Source of the DNA: Candidatus Krumholzibacteriia bacterium
GTDB lineage: Bacteria > Krumholzibacteriota > Krumholzibacteriia > LZORAL124-64-63
Direction of reading: 5' to 3'
NCBI GenBank assembly: GCA_036351155.1
Contig: JAZBOO010000163.1
Coordinates: 9,821 to 73,820, forward strand
DNA length: 64,000 nucleotides
Of the stretch, positions 29,141 to 38,148 are shown in pieces (within the stretch, counting starts at the first letter, position 1; the number at the start of each line of letters is the position of its first letter). The position numbers and the translations under genes are program-made. The notes beneath the pieces are model-generated. The model ran no database searches. It saw nothing but the letters and a program-made list of their open reading frames with translations, and was not told the origin of the DNA.

Positions 29141-30913
29141 TTGCGCCGACCCGATCCCCATTCCTATACCTCGCTGGAGCAGGGCCGCACCGCCCACCTG
29201 GATCTTGATCTGGACGTCGATTTTTCCACCCGTCGCATCCGGGGCCACGCCCGGTTCAAGCTGGCCGCCCCGGCCTCCGGAGAGCTGGACCTGGATACTC
29301 GTGATCTGGAAATCCTGGGTGTGGCAGGCGCCGACGGCAAGTGTCTGGACTGGGACCTGGCCGCAGCCGATCCGGTCCTGGGATCGTGCCTGCGGGTCAC
29401 CCTGCCCGAGGACACCCAGGAATTCACCGTGGATTACCTGACCAGCCCTGATGCCAGCGCCCTTCAGTGGCTGGAGCCGGCGCAAACCGCGGGCGGCAAG
29501 CACCCTTACCTGTTCAGCCAGTGCCAGGCCATCCACGCGCGCAGTGTGATACCCTGCCAGGATACCCCTCTGGCCCGATTCACCTTCACCTGCAAGATGA
29601 CCGTGCCGGAGGATTTGACCGTGGTCATGGCTGCCGCGCCCGGGGAAAACGCCGCGGCCGCCGAGCAAGGGAAAAGCACCTTCGGCTTCGACATGCCGCA
29701 GAGCATTCCCCCTTACCTGTTCGCCTTTGCGGTGGGCAACATTGCCGCCCAGGACCTGGGTCCCCGTTCTCGATGCTACACCGAGCCGGAGATGATGGAA
29801 AAATCGGCCTGGGAGTTCGCCGAGGTGGACAAGATGCTGCTGGCGGCCGAGGAAATTTTCGGCCCCTACCTGTGGGATCGGTTCGACTTCCTGGTCATGC
29901 CGCCGTCCTTCCCCTACGGGGGCATGGAGAATCCTCGTCTGACCTTCCTGACGCCCACCCTGCTGGCCGGCGACCGGAGCCTGGTCAACGTGCTGGCCCA
30001 CGAGCTGGCTCACAGCTGGACTGGCAACCTGGTGACCAACGCCAGCATCAATGATTTCTGGTTGAATGAAGGATTCACCGTCTGGGCCGAGCGCCGCATC
30101 CTCGAGAAGCTGGAGGGGCTGGAGGCCAAGAGCTTGTCGGCGGCCATCGGCCGCAATGGACTGAAGGAGGCCATCGCCGGCTTCGGGGCGGACAGCGCCT
30201 TCACCAAGCTGGAGATCAATGGCGAGGGCAGTGACCCCGACGAGTTCTATTCGCTGGTACCCTACGAAAAGGGTTTCCTGTTCGTGGCCTTGCTGGAGGA
30301 AGTGGTCGGCCGCGAGGATTTCGACACCTTCGTCAAGAAGTACATCGAGCATTTCAGCTTCACCAGCATCACCACCGCCCAGTTCGAGGAGTTCCTGGAG
30401 AACGAACTGCCGGGGGTGGCCCAGAAAATCGGTGCCGACCAGTGGATCCATCAGCCGGGTTTGCCGGACAACGCGCCGGTATTTGCCTCGGCCCGCCTGG
30501 AAAAGCTGCAAGCTCTGGGGAAAGGCTGGAGCGAGGGCCAGCGTCCGGAGGTGGCCGAAGCCAGCAAGTGGAGTCCCGAGGACTGGCAGATCTTCCTGCA
30601 GGCCTTGCCCAAGACCCTGCCGGCCGAGGATTGTGCCTGGCTGGATGAGAACTTCAAGTTGTCGGCCCAGGGAAACTGCGAGATTCTTTGCAACTGGCTG
30701 GTCATCGCCGCCGGCAGTGGATACGAACCGGCTCACAAGCGCGCCTCGGCCTTCCTGGGTGAGGTGGGGCGCATGAAGTATCTCAAGCCGCTGTATTCGG
30801 CACTGCACGCTCACGAGAAAAGCCGTGCGCTGGCTGCCAGCACCTTCGCGGCCCATGCCGAAAGCTATCACCCCATCGCGCGGGGCGGCCTGGAGAGAAT
30901 CCTGGCGAGCTGA
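29141..30913 (+). CDS. M1 aminopeptidase, leukotriene A4 hydrolase-like
   Basis: DPHSY, PCQDTP, SFPYGGMENP, HELAHSWTGN, WLNEG, PYEKG, GRMKYLKPLY. Confidence 0.93.
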   Translation: MRRPDPHSYTSLEQGRTAHLDLDLDVDFSTRRIRGHARFKLAAPASGELDLDTRDLEILGVAGADGKCLDWDLAAADPVLGSCLRVTLPEDTQEFTVDYLTSPDASALQWLEPAQTAGGKHPYLFSQCQAIHARSVIPCQDTPLARFTFTCKMTVPEDLTVVMAAAPGENAAAAEQGKSTFGFDMPQSIPPYLFAFAVGNIAAQDLGPRSRCYTEPEMMEKSAWEFAEVDKMLLAAEEIFGPYLWDRFDFLVMPPSFPYGGMENPRLTFLTPTLLAGDRSLVNVLAHELAHSWTGNLVTNASINDFWLNEGFTVWAERRILEKLEGLEAKSLSAAIGRNGLKEAIAGFGADSAFTKLEINGEGSDPDEFYSLVPYEKGFLFVALLEEVVGREDFDTFVKKYIEHFSFTSITTAQFEEFLENELPGVAQKIGADQWIHQPGLPDNAPVFASARLEKLQALGKGWSEGQRPEVAEASKWSPEDWQIFLQALPKTLPAEDCAWLDENFKLSAQGNCEILCNWLVIAAGSGYEPAHKRASAFLGEVGRMKYLKPLYSALHAHEKSRALAASTFAAHAESYHPIARGGLERILAS

Positions 30914-30929
30914 TCATCACCGCAGGAGG

Positions 30930-30966
30930 AAAAAAAAGAGCGCCGGGTCAGTGGGCCCGGCGCTCT
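30930..30966 (-). terminator. Terminator between the convergent M1 peptidase and actP
   Basis: AGAGCGCCGGG/CCCGGCGCTCT stem with an A-run on the left (U-tract on the minus strand). Confidence 0.8.
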
Positions 30967-30985
30967 GTTGATATGAGGGGTGGGA

Positions 30986-32851
30986 TCAGACGCGCCTGTT
31001 CTTGGTCAACAGGGACACCACCACCAGCGTCAGAAAACTCAGCGGGATGGAAATGATCCCCGGCTGCCCCAGGGGATGCCAGGCCTCGGCCGCCGTCTTG
31101 CCATACGGGCCGGCAAACATGGCCGGGCCGGTCAGGATGATGCCCAGCGCCGCCACGATACCCACGAAAATGGAGGCCGTGATGCCGGCGGCCGTGGTCC
31201 GGGGCCAGAACAGCATCATGACGATGGCCGGCAGGTTGGCCGAAGCCGCCACCGCGAAAGCCCAGCCCACCAGGAAGCTCACGTTCACGCCCTTGAACAC
31301 GATGCCCAGGATGATGGCAATGATGCCGACCACAAAGGCGGCCACCTTGCCGGCCTTGACCTTCTGCTGTTCGCTCAGGTCCATGCCGCCGTAGCGGTCC
31401 ATGAGGTCATGGGCCACGGCTCCAGAGGCGGCGACGATCAAGCCCGCCACCGTGCCCAGCACCGTGGCGAACGCGATGGCCGAGATGATGGCAAAAAGCA
31501 CACCGCCGAAGCTGAGGGCCAGCAGGGGGGCGGACATGTTGTTGTCGGCGGGATTGATGGTTCCGCTGATGCCGGCACCCAGTCCCATGAACAGGGTCAG
31601 GATGTAGAAGAACCCGATGGCGGCAATGGCCACGATGGTGCTCTTGCGCGCACAGGCCGGACTGGGCACGGTGTAGTACCGGATCAGGATGTGGGGCAGG
31701 GCGGCCGTTCCGAAGAAAAGGGCGAGCATCAGGGAGACAAAGTTCAGCTTCTCCCAGCCGGTCTTGACCTTGAACTTGACCCCGGGCTTCATCTGGTCGG
31801 TGCCGCTGACGGTCTTGGGGTAGTAGATGGAGATCTTGGCCCCTGTCTCATCCGAAACCTTGGTCTTGTGCCACTGCTCGATCCTGGTTTCCGGGTGAGT
31901 GAGGGTGGCCAGGAATCCCACCGGCCCTGTGGGTCCGGTGCCCTTGGCCGCGGCCTCCGCATCCAGGCCGCCCACGGCCTTGACCCGTCCCACGGGCTGA
32001 AGCAATCCGTCGGATTCGCCATTGATCAGCAAGGCACTGGTCCACTGGCATTCCCACAGGCCGTCCGGTGAACTGACCCACCAGCTGATCTTGCCTTCGC
32101 GCGTGAACTTCAGGAAGTCGCCTTCCTTCAATGCCAGAGTGTGGCCTTCGGCCAGGAGGTTGGCCTCGGTGGTTTGCCGGGGAACGAAGCGCAATTCCTG
32201 GCCCTGTGCATCATGGAGGCCGGGAGATTCGGTGCCGATTCCTCGCACCAGAACGCCGATCACCAGGATGGTCGAGAAGATCAGCAGCAGACCACCTTTG
32301 AGGAACTGGACGTAGGTGGTGCTGGTCATGCCGGCGGTGGCCACGATGGTGATCACGATCACACCCACCAGGATGACGCCCGCCCAGTGGGGAAGCCCCA
32401 GCAGGGGCTGCACCAGTGTTCCGGCTCCGTTCATCTGGGGAATCAGGTAACAGATGCTGACCACCAGTGTGGAGATGGCCGCCGCCAGCTTGATCCCGCG
32501 GCTGTCGAACTTTGAATCCAGCGCATCGGTGAAGGTGAACTTGCCCATGCGTTTCATGGGTTCGGCCACCACGAACAGGGCCACGATCCAGCCGGCCAGA
32601 TAGCCGATGGAATAGAGGAATCCATCGTAGCCCAGGGTGGCGATCATGCCGCAGATCCCCAGGAACGAGGCGGCGCTCAAATAGTCACCGGCAAAGCTGA
32701 TGCCATTGACCGCCCAGTGGATCTGGCCACCGGCGGCGAAATAGCCGGCCGCCGATTTTGCGCGGCGGGCGAAGTAGTAACTGAGGTAAAGAACCAGGGC
32801 CACGAAGACCCCGAAAATGATGATGCTCAACGGTGTGCCCTGGAGGTTCAT
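30986..32851 (-). CDS. actP: Cation/acetate symporter ActP (sodium:solute symporter family) with a large loop insertion
   Basis: AGDYLSAASFLG, YDGFLYSIG, YLIPQM, GTAALPHILIRYYTVP, AFATVLGTVAGL, AASANLP. Confidence 0.88.
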   Translation of the reverse strand: MNLQGTPLSIIIFGVFVALVLYLSYYFARRAKSAAGYFAAGGQIHWAVNGISFAGDYLSAASFLGICGMIATLGYDGFLYSIGYLAGWIVALFVVAEPMKRMGKFTFTDALDSKFDSRGIKLAAAISTLVVSICYLIPQMNGAGTLVQPLLGLPHWAGVILVGVIVITIVATAGMTSTTYVQFLKGGLLLIFSTILVIGVLVRGIGTESPGLHDAQGQELRFVPRQTTEANLLAEGHTLALKEGDFLKFTREGKISWWVSSPDGLWECQWTSALLINGESDGLLQPVGRVKAVGGLDAEAAAKGTGPTGPVGFLATLTHPETRIEQWHKTKVSDETGAKISIYYPKTVSGTDQMKPGVKFKVKTGWEKLNFVSLMLALFFGTAALPHILIRYYTVPSPACARKSTIVAIAAIGFFYILTLFMGLGAGISGTINPADNNMSAPLLALSFGGVLFAIISAIAFATVLGTVAGLIVAASGAVAHDLMDRYGGMDLSEQQKVKAGKVAAFVVGIIAIILGIVFKGVNVSFLVGWAFAVAASANLPAIVMMLFWPRTTAAGITASIFVGIVAALGIILTGPAMFAGPYGKTAAEAWHPLGQPGIISIPLSFLTLVVVSLLTKNRRV

Positions 32852-33147
32852 GCGCTGTCCTCCCCGGGTGTCGGTTGGCCGGCCAGTTCCTTCTCCTTGG
32901 CGGTGCACCTGTTGTTGTAGATCAGGGCCAACACCAGGGCCAGGATGATCAATCCCATGCCGTAGACCACGGCCAGATTCAGCCCGGCAAACACGATGGT
33001 TTGCATGGCCTTTCCCTCGGTGAAGACATTGGTGAACACGAAGCCCGCATAGACCAGGCAGTAGGCCAGGAACATACGAACGCCCAGCCGGCTCTTGAAC
33101 CGGCTGGCGGGATCAGGGGCGGCATTCTGGGCAGGACCGTGGTGCAT
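32848..33147 (-). CDS. DUF485 (YjcH-like) small membrane partner of ActP
   Basis: Two TM helices, YAGFV, GLNLAVVYG; ATGA-type overlap with actP. Confidence 0.85.
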   Translation of the reverse strand: MHHGPAQNAAPDPASRFKSRLGVRMFLAYCLVYAGFVFTNVFTEGKAMQTIVFAGLNLAVVYGMGLIILALVLALIYNNRCTAKEKELAGQPTPGEDSA

Positions 33148-33291
33148 CGCGTGGACCTCCAATGGATCAGAACAAACGAAGAATTGTCGCCATGCTCTGG
33201 GCTCGCCCAAGGGCGAATACCCACAGGGACGGAAGGCTATCATGTTAAAAAATGAACAACAAGGCCATAAATTGCCTTTATCATTACTGTT

Positions 33292-33322
33292 GCGAAATTT
33301 TGAAATTACGATTTCGCGAAAT
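33292..33322. promoter_or_regulatory. Candidate operator in the divergent DUF485-actP / Cache-DUF294 promoter
   Basis: Perfect 12-bp palindrome ATTTCGCGAAAT (33311-33322) plus an extra GCGAAAT half-site (33292-33298) in AT-rich DNA. Confidence 0.45.
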
Positions 33323-33407
33323 GGGGGCCGGTTCGGACATTGATTGGCCCGGGTGAGGCTGGTACCATGTCTTCACGGCGATGGGGCCGTTCACACCCGA
33401 GGTCACC

Positions 33408-35477
33408 ATGAAGAGAATGGCACTGCGCACCGTCCTGCCCGCCCTGCTGGCCATCCTGCTGTTTTGCGGGGTGGTTTTCTTTTACCTGCTGCCGTCGGTG
33501 GACCGGGTGGTCATGGACCAGAAGCGGCTCATGATCCGCGAACTCACCGAATCGGCCTGGAACGTCCTGGCCCGCTTCCAGGCCGAGGAAATGGCTGGCC
33601 GGCTGGATCGGCAGAGCGCCCAGGAGGCAGCCATTGCCCAGGTGCGCAACCTCCATTACGGACAGCAGAACAAGGACTACTTTTTCATCATCGATGAGCA
33701 CCCCCGGATGGTGGTCCACCCCTACCGCCCCGACCTCGAGGGGCAGGATCTGTCGGCCTTCGGCGATCCCGACGGCAAGCTGCTGTTCGTGGAAATGGCG
33801 CGCGTGGTGGAGCGGAGTCAGGCCGGGTATGTCAGCTACCGGTGGCAGTGGAAGGATGATCCCGGCCGCATCGTACCGAAGCTGTCCTATGTGAAAGGAT
33901 TCGCCCCCTGGGGCTGGATCCTCGGGACCGGGGTTTACACCGAGGATGTAGATGCCGAGATTGCCCAGCTGAAGGGCAATCTGGTGACCGCCACCTGGGT
34001 GATTCTGTTTCTGGTTGCGCTCTTGATGATTCTGCTGCTGCGGACAAGCTTCCAGGCCGAGCGCGGACGGCTCAAGGTGGCGGCGGCCCTGTCGGTGTCC
34101 GAGGAGAAGTACCGCACCCTGGTGGAATCTGCCGGAGAAGCCATCGTCATGTCCATCAGCGGGCAGGGGCTTTTCGCCAACGCCAGCATGCTGAAGCTGC
34201 TGGGGTACACCCGGGAGGAATTTGCGCGGCTGGATGTGGCCCGGATCATCCTGCCCACCCCGGAGGAAAGGCGTCAGGAACGGCGCTTCTGGCAGGATGT
34301 CACCGATGGCCTGCAGCCGCCGACCCGCTATGAGGCCGAATTGCAGCCCAAGGAGGGGCCGGTCCTCAGAATCCTGCTGACTCTGTCCCGGATCGTGGTG
34401 CAGGGGCGGGCGGGTTTCATGGCGGTGGCAGCCCGCCTGGCGCAGCCGCGCGAGCTGGAAATTGCCGCGGCAGCGAACCTGGATGACCTGGAAGCCGCCA
34501 GCCGGCGCACCCGCGACCTGGCCGCCCTGATGATGCGCCACGGGTCGGGCGGATTACAGGTCAGCGGCCTGCTTTCCGACAGTGCAGACGAGGTGGTCCA
34601 GCGGGCGGTGGGATTCATCACCGAGAAGCTGGGGCCGCCCCCGGTGCCCTTCGACATCATGCTCATGGGCAGCCTGGGACGACGGGAGGTGACCCTGTCG
34701 GCGGACCAGGATCACGCGATTATCTACCAGGACACTCCCGAGGACCAGGCGGAACAGGTCCAGGCCTATTTCCTGGAAGTGGGAACCATGCTGGCCGACC
34801 TTTTTGCCGCGGCCGGGTATCCCTACTGCCGCGGAAAGATCATGTCCAGTGAACCGGCGTGCTGCCAGTCACTATCCCGCTGGTGCCGGACCTTTGCCCG
34901 GTGGATCGACACCCTGGAGCCCGACGACCTCATGCATGCGAAGATATTCTTCGATTTTCGCAGCGCGTTGCAGGAGGGTCATCTGGTGGCGCAATTGCGT
35001 GCCGATCTTTTCCAAAGCCTCACCCGCCAGCCCCGGTTCTATCCCATGCTGGCCCACAGTATCCTGCAGTACGAGCCGCCGCTCGGGCCATTCGGGGGGT
35101 TGGTCCTTCAGGAAACGGAAGAGGCCCGGGCCGGTTTCGACATCAAGGGGGTGCTGGCTCAGCTGGTAGATGTGGCGCGACTGCGCTGTCTCCAGCACGG
35201 AGTGGCCGCGGTGGGCACTCTGGAACGCATCGAAGCACTGGCCGCGGAAGGACACCTCAAGGAGAAGACAGCTGCGGAGATGACGACGGCCTTCACGGCT
35301 CTGATGAACCTGCGCTTGAACCATCAGGCTCGGCGCCGGGCGGGACAGCTGGCGGTGGACAACACCGTGATTCCCGAGGAACTCACCCCTGACGAGGTGC
35401 AAACGCTCAAGCAGGTTCTGGGACAAATCAAGGCCTTGAAGAACAACCTGCAGCATGAGTTCGGGCCGCGCTCATGA
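33408..35477 (+). CDS. Membrane sensor nucleotidyltransferase: TM-sCache_2-TM-PAS-DUF294-DUF294_C
   Basis: Cache motifs YFFIID, MVVHP, DPDGK, PKLSYV, WGWILGTGVY between two TMs; SEEKYRTLVES PAS; NTase GSLGRRE.TLSADQD, GYPYCRG.IM, IFFDFR; DUF294_C PPLG, DIK, TLERI, LRLNHQ. Confidence 0.88.
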   Translation: MKRMALRTVLPALLAILLFCGVVFFYLLPSVDRVVMDQKRLMIRELTESAWNVLARFQAEEMAGRLDRQSAQEAAIAQVRNLHYGQQNKDYFFIIDEHPRMVVHPYRPDLEGQDLSAFGDPDGKLLFVEMARVVERSQAGYVSYRWQWKDDPGRIVPKLSYVKGFAPWGWILGTGVYTEDVDAEIAQLKGNLVTATWVILFLVALLMILLLRTSFQAERGRLKVAAALSVSEEKYRTLVESAGEAIVMSISGQGLFANASMLKLLGYTREEFARLDVARIILPTPEERRQERRFWQDVTDGLQPPTRYEAELQPKEGPVLRILLTLSRIVVQGRAGFMAVAARLAQPRELEIAAAANLDDLEAASRRTRDLAALMMRHGSGGLQVSGLLSDSADEVVQRAVGFITEKLGPPPVPFDIMLMGSLGRREVTLSADQDHAIIYQDTPEDQAEQVQAYFLEVGTMLADLFAAAGYPYCRGKIMSSEPACCQSLSRWCRTFARWIDTLEPDDLMHAKIFFDFRSALQEGHLVAQLRADLFQSLTRQPRFYPMLAHSILQYEPPLGPFGGLVLQETEEARAGFDIKGVLAQLVDVARLRCLQHGVAAVGTLERIEALAAEGHLKEKTAAEMTTAFTALMNLRLNHQARRRAGQLAVDNTVIPEELTPDEVQTLKQVLGQIKALKNNLQHEFGPRS

Positions 35478-36211
35478 AGGTCCCGGTTTCCATGCTCATC
35501 AGCGATGTTCACACGCGTTACCAGGTGGTCAACACCCAGATCGCGCACGCTGAGCTTGAGCTGGGACACGCGCTGGAGCAGGTTTTCGTGCTGGGTGATT
35601 TCGGTTTCTTCCGGGAGCCCATGCATGACTTTTTCCGTCGGGGCCGGGGCCGGTTCACCCGGGCGGTGACCAGTATCGAGGGCAACCACGAGGATCACGG
35701 AGCGCTGCCGGGCCTGGTCCAGGACTACCAGGACGTGCTGGGTTACAGGGGGCGAGGATCGGTTCACCAGGTGAGTGGATGGGGGGCCATGTGCCTGGGT
35801 GGGGCCCGCTACATGGACGCGGCCGCCACGCCGCGCGGCTGTGAAGTCACGTCGGGGGATCTGGAGAAATGTCTGGCCGTGGACCCCGACCAGGTGGATC
35901 TGGTGTTGACCCACGACTGCCCCTGTGGCCTGGGTGTGCCCGGAGCGCCGGGTCTGGAGCATTATGGCCCACCGGGCGTGCCGGGGCTGGCTCGGCTGGC
36001 CGACCATTTTCAGCCCCGGTACTGGTTCTTTGGTCACCATCACCGCTGGTTCGATCACCGGCAAGGGGCCACGCGTTACCTGGGCTTGCCCCAGAGCTGG
36101 CGCGGTTACCTCCTGCTGGACGGTCAGGGGCAGGTCACCCTGGTGGACCACGAGGTGAGCCTGCGTCCGGCCAGCCGCTGGGTGCGGTGGTTGCGGCCGG
36201 GCCAGTGGTGA
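35474..36211 (+). CDS. Calcineurin-like metallophosphoesterase
   Basis: SDVH, LGDFG, EGNHE, LTHDCP, FGHHH; ATGA overlap with the upstream gene. Confidence 0.9.
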   Translation: MKVPVSMLISDVHTRYQVVNTQIAHAELELGHALEQVFVLGDFGFFREPMHDFFRRGRGRFTRAVTSIEGNHEDHGALPGLVQDYQDVLGYRGRGSVHQVSGWGAMCLGGARYMDAAATPRGCEVTSGDLEKCLAVDPDQVDLVLTHDCPCGLGVPGAPGLEHYGPPGVPGLARLADHFQPRYWFFGHHHRWFDHRQGATRYLGLPQSWRGYLLLDGQGQVTLVDHEVSLRPASRWVRWLRPGQW

Positions 36212-36227
36212 TTGGTGGGGCCTCGGG

Positions 36228-37190
36228 TCACCGGGCGATGAAGGCCACCTTTTCCTGTTCTGCCGATCGGTAACAGGCATCCACCACCTGCATGGTGGCC
36301 ACTCCATCCCGGGCGGTCACCGGGCAGGGTTTTTCGGAAAGGACGGCGGCTTGCCAGTCGGCCAGAACCCGGGGCAGGGTGGGCACCCGCGCCGAGACAT
36401 CAAAGCGCTCCTCATCGGCTCCCTGCCGCCACACGATGCCGCCGTTCAGGTAATCCGCCCACAGCTGTCCCTCTTCACCCACCGCTTCCAGCCAGCAGGC
36501 CCGGCTGCGGGTGTACTTGCTGACTTCCATGCTCACCCAGCAGCCGTCATCCAGGCTGGCCCGGGCCAGAAAGAAATCCTCCACCACGGGGTTCAAGATG
36601 CTTTGCTGTCGCGCAACGACTTCCCGGAATTCCCGGCCGGTCAGAAATCGCACCGTGTCGAAGATGTGAACGCCGGTCAAGAGGACCGAACCGGTGACCG
36701 TCTCGCCGGGGTTCTTTTGCCAGGCCAGCCGGGTGGGCTCCAGGCGCTGGGCCGCTCGGATGTGATGAACCTTGCCCAGCTTGGCCCATAGCTCGCGCAC
36801 CCGGACCAGGACGGGGTTCCAGCGCAGGGTCTGGGCCACCATCATCTGCCCGGCCTGGGGGTGGAGGGTCAGATCTTCAGCTTCCGCGAGAGTCCCGGTG
36901 AAGGGTTTCTCCAGGAGCAGGGGCTTGCCCGCGTTCAGCACCAGGGTGGCCAGTTCATGGTGAGAGGAGGGCGGAGTGCTGATGACGATCCCGTCCACCA
37001 ATGGGTCCTGCACCAGTTCGGCGGCCGTGGCGTGGTAGCGCACGCCCAGCTCACGGGCCAGAGCCTGTCCCTTCTCGGGGCGGCGTCGCATCAGGGCGGT
37101 GGCCGTCATTCCGGGCACATCCTTCAGGGCGTGCCTCAGATAGCGGGTTCCATGGGTGCCGGCGCCCAGCACGCCGATCCGAAAGGTCAT
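36228..37190 (-). CDS. Gfo/Idh/MocA family oxidoreductase
   Basis: IGVLGAGTHG, STPPSSH, LLEKP, GVHIFD. ATG 37190 follows GGAGG. Confidence 0.9.
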   Translation of the reverse strand: MTFRIGVLGAGTHGTRYLRHALKDVPGMTATALMRRRPEKGQALARELGVRYHATAAELVQDPLVDGIVISTPPSSHHELATLVLNAGKPLLLEKPFTGTLAEAEDLTLHPQAGQMMVAQTLRWNPVLVRVRELWAKLGKVHHIRAAQRLEPTRLAWQKNPGETVTGSVLLTGVHIFDTVRFLTGREFREVVARQQSILNPVVEDFFLARASLDDGCWVSMEVSKYTRSRACWLEAVGEEGQLWADYLNGGIVWRQGADEERFDVSARVPTLPRVLADWQAAVLSEKPCPVTARDGVATMQVVDACYRSAEQEKVAFIAR

Positions 37191-37411
37191 GCGCATTCCT
37201 CCGGAGACAGGGTTGGTCAGAACCGCCACTTTAACATCCGGAAGCCTGAGGTTGAAAGTGTCAACCTCACGGCCTTGTTCCTCTCGGGAGTGTCCTCCGC
37301 GAGGTGCCGTGGGCGAGAAAAACTCCGCCCATTCCCTTTCATCTGCGGGTTCCGGGCTGGCATGGGTCAGGCTAGAGGAAGACCTCACCTTCCTCCCTGA
37401 ATCGAGCGATC

Positions 37412-38062
37412 ATGCAAAACATGACAAGGTATCTGTTCGCCCTCTTCCTGATGTACGGTTTGTGGATGGGGCTGGCGTCCGTGGCCGGGGCCGCCGTCAT
37501 TCTGAACGAGGTTCTGGCCGACCCCATGCAGGACTGGGATGGGGACGGGGAGCTCAGCTTCAAGGGCGATGAGTGGATCGAGGTGCTGAACATCGGCCTC
37601 GTGGACATCGACCTGTCCAGTTACTACCTGCGCGATGTCTTCGGAACCGACCCCCACCTTCAGCTATCCGGAATGCTGGCGCCGGGCCAGACGGCCGTTT
37701 TCTACGGGTCGCAATCCATGGCCTGGCAGAGGGCCAACGGGTACTCGGATTACGGGTTTGCACTGAACAACAACGGCGAAACGGTGGAATTGTTGCGCGA
37801 GCTGGGGGAGCCGGGAGCCCTGGAGTTCGAGCTGGTCGATGCGGTGACCTTGCAGGCCCACGAAACTGAGGATGACCGCAGCAGTGGCTGGGCCATTGAT
37901 GGCAGCGGGTGGACCTTGTTCGATGGACTCAACGAGTATGGGGGAACGCAGGAGCCCGGCCCCAGCGGGTGTGTGCCCACACCGGGAGAGCCCAATACCT
38001 GCGAGCCCGACCTGCCCGTGGCCCATGAATCGCTCGGGAGCCTCAAATCCCTCTATCGATGA
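37412..38062 (+). CDS. Secreted lamin-tail-domain (LTD) protein with C-terminal SLGSLKSLYR
   Basis: Signal peptide; ILNEVLADP, DEWIEVLN, IDLSSYYLRD, LNNNGETV, PTPGEPN. Confidence 0.82.
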   Translation: MQNMTRYLFALFLMYGLWMGLASVAGAAVILNEVLADPMQDWDGDGELSFKGDEWIEVLNIGLVDIDLSSYYLRDVFGTDPHLQLSGMLAPGQTAVFYGSQSMAWQRANGYSDYGFALNNNGETVELLRELGEPGALEFELVDAVTLQAHETEDDRSSGWAIDGSGWTLFDGLNEYGGTQEPGPSGCVPTPGEPNTCEPDLPVAHESLGSLKSLYR

Positions 38063-38110
38063 AATCGCCTCCTTCGGGGCACAACCGGAGCCCTCAGGCT
38101 CCGGTCGCGG

Positions 38111-38148
38111 GACGGGCCGGGAAAGGAGTCCCGGCCCGTCCTGTTTTT
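38111..38148 (+). terminator. Terminator after the LTD gene
   Basis: GACGGGCCGGGA/TCCCGGCCCGTC stem followed by TGTTTTT. Confidence 0.75.
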
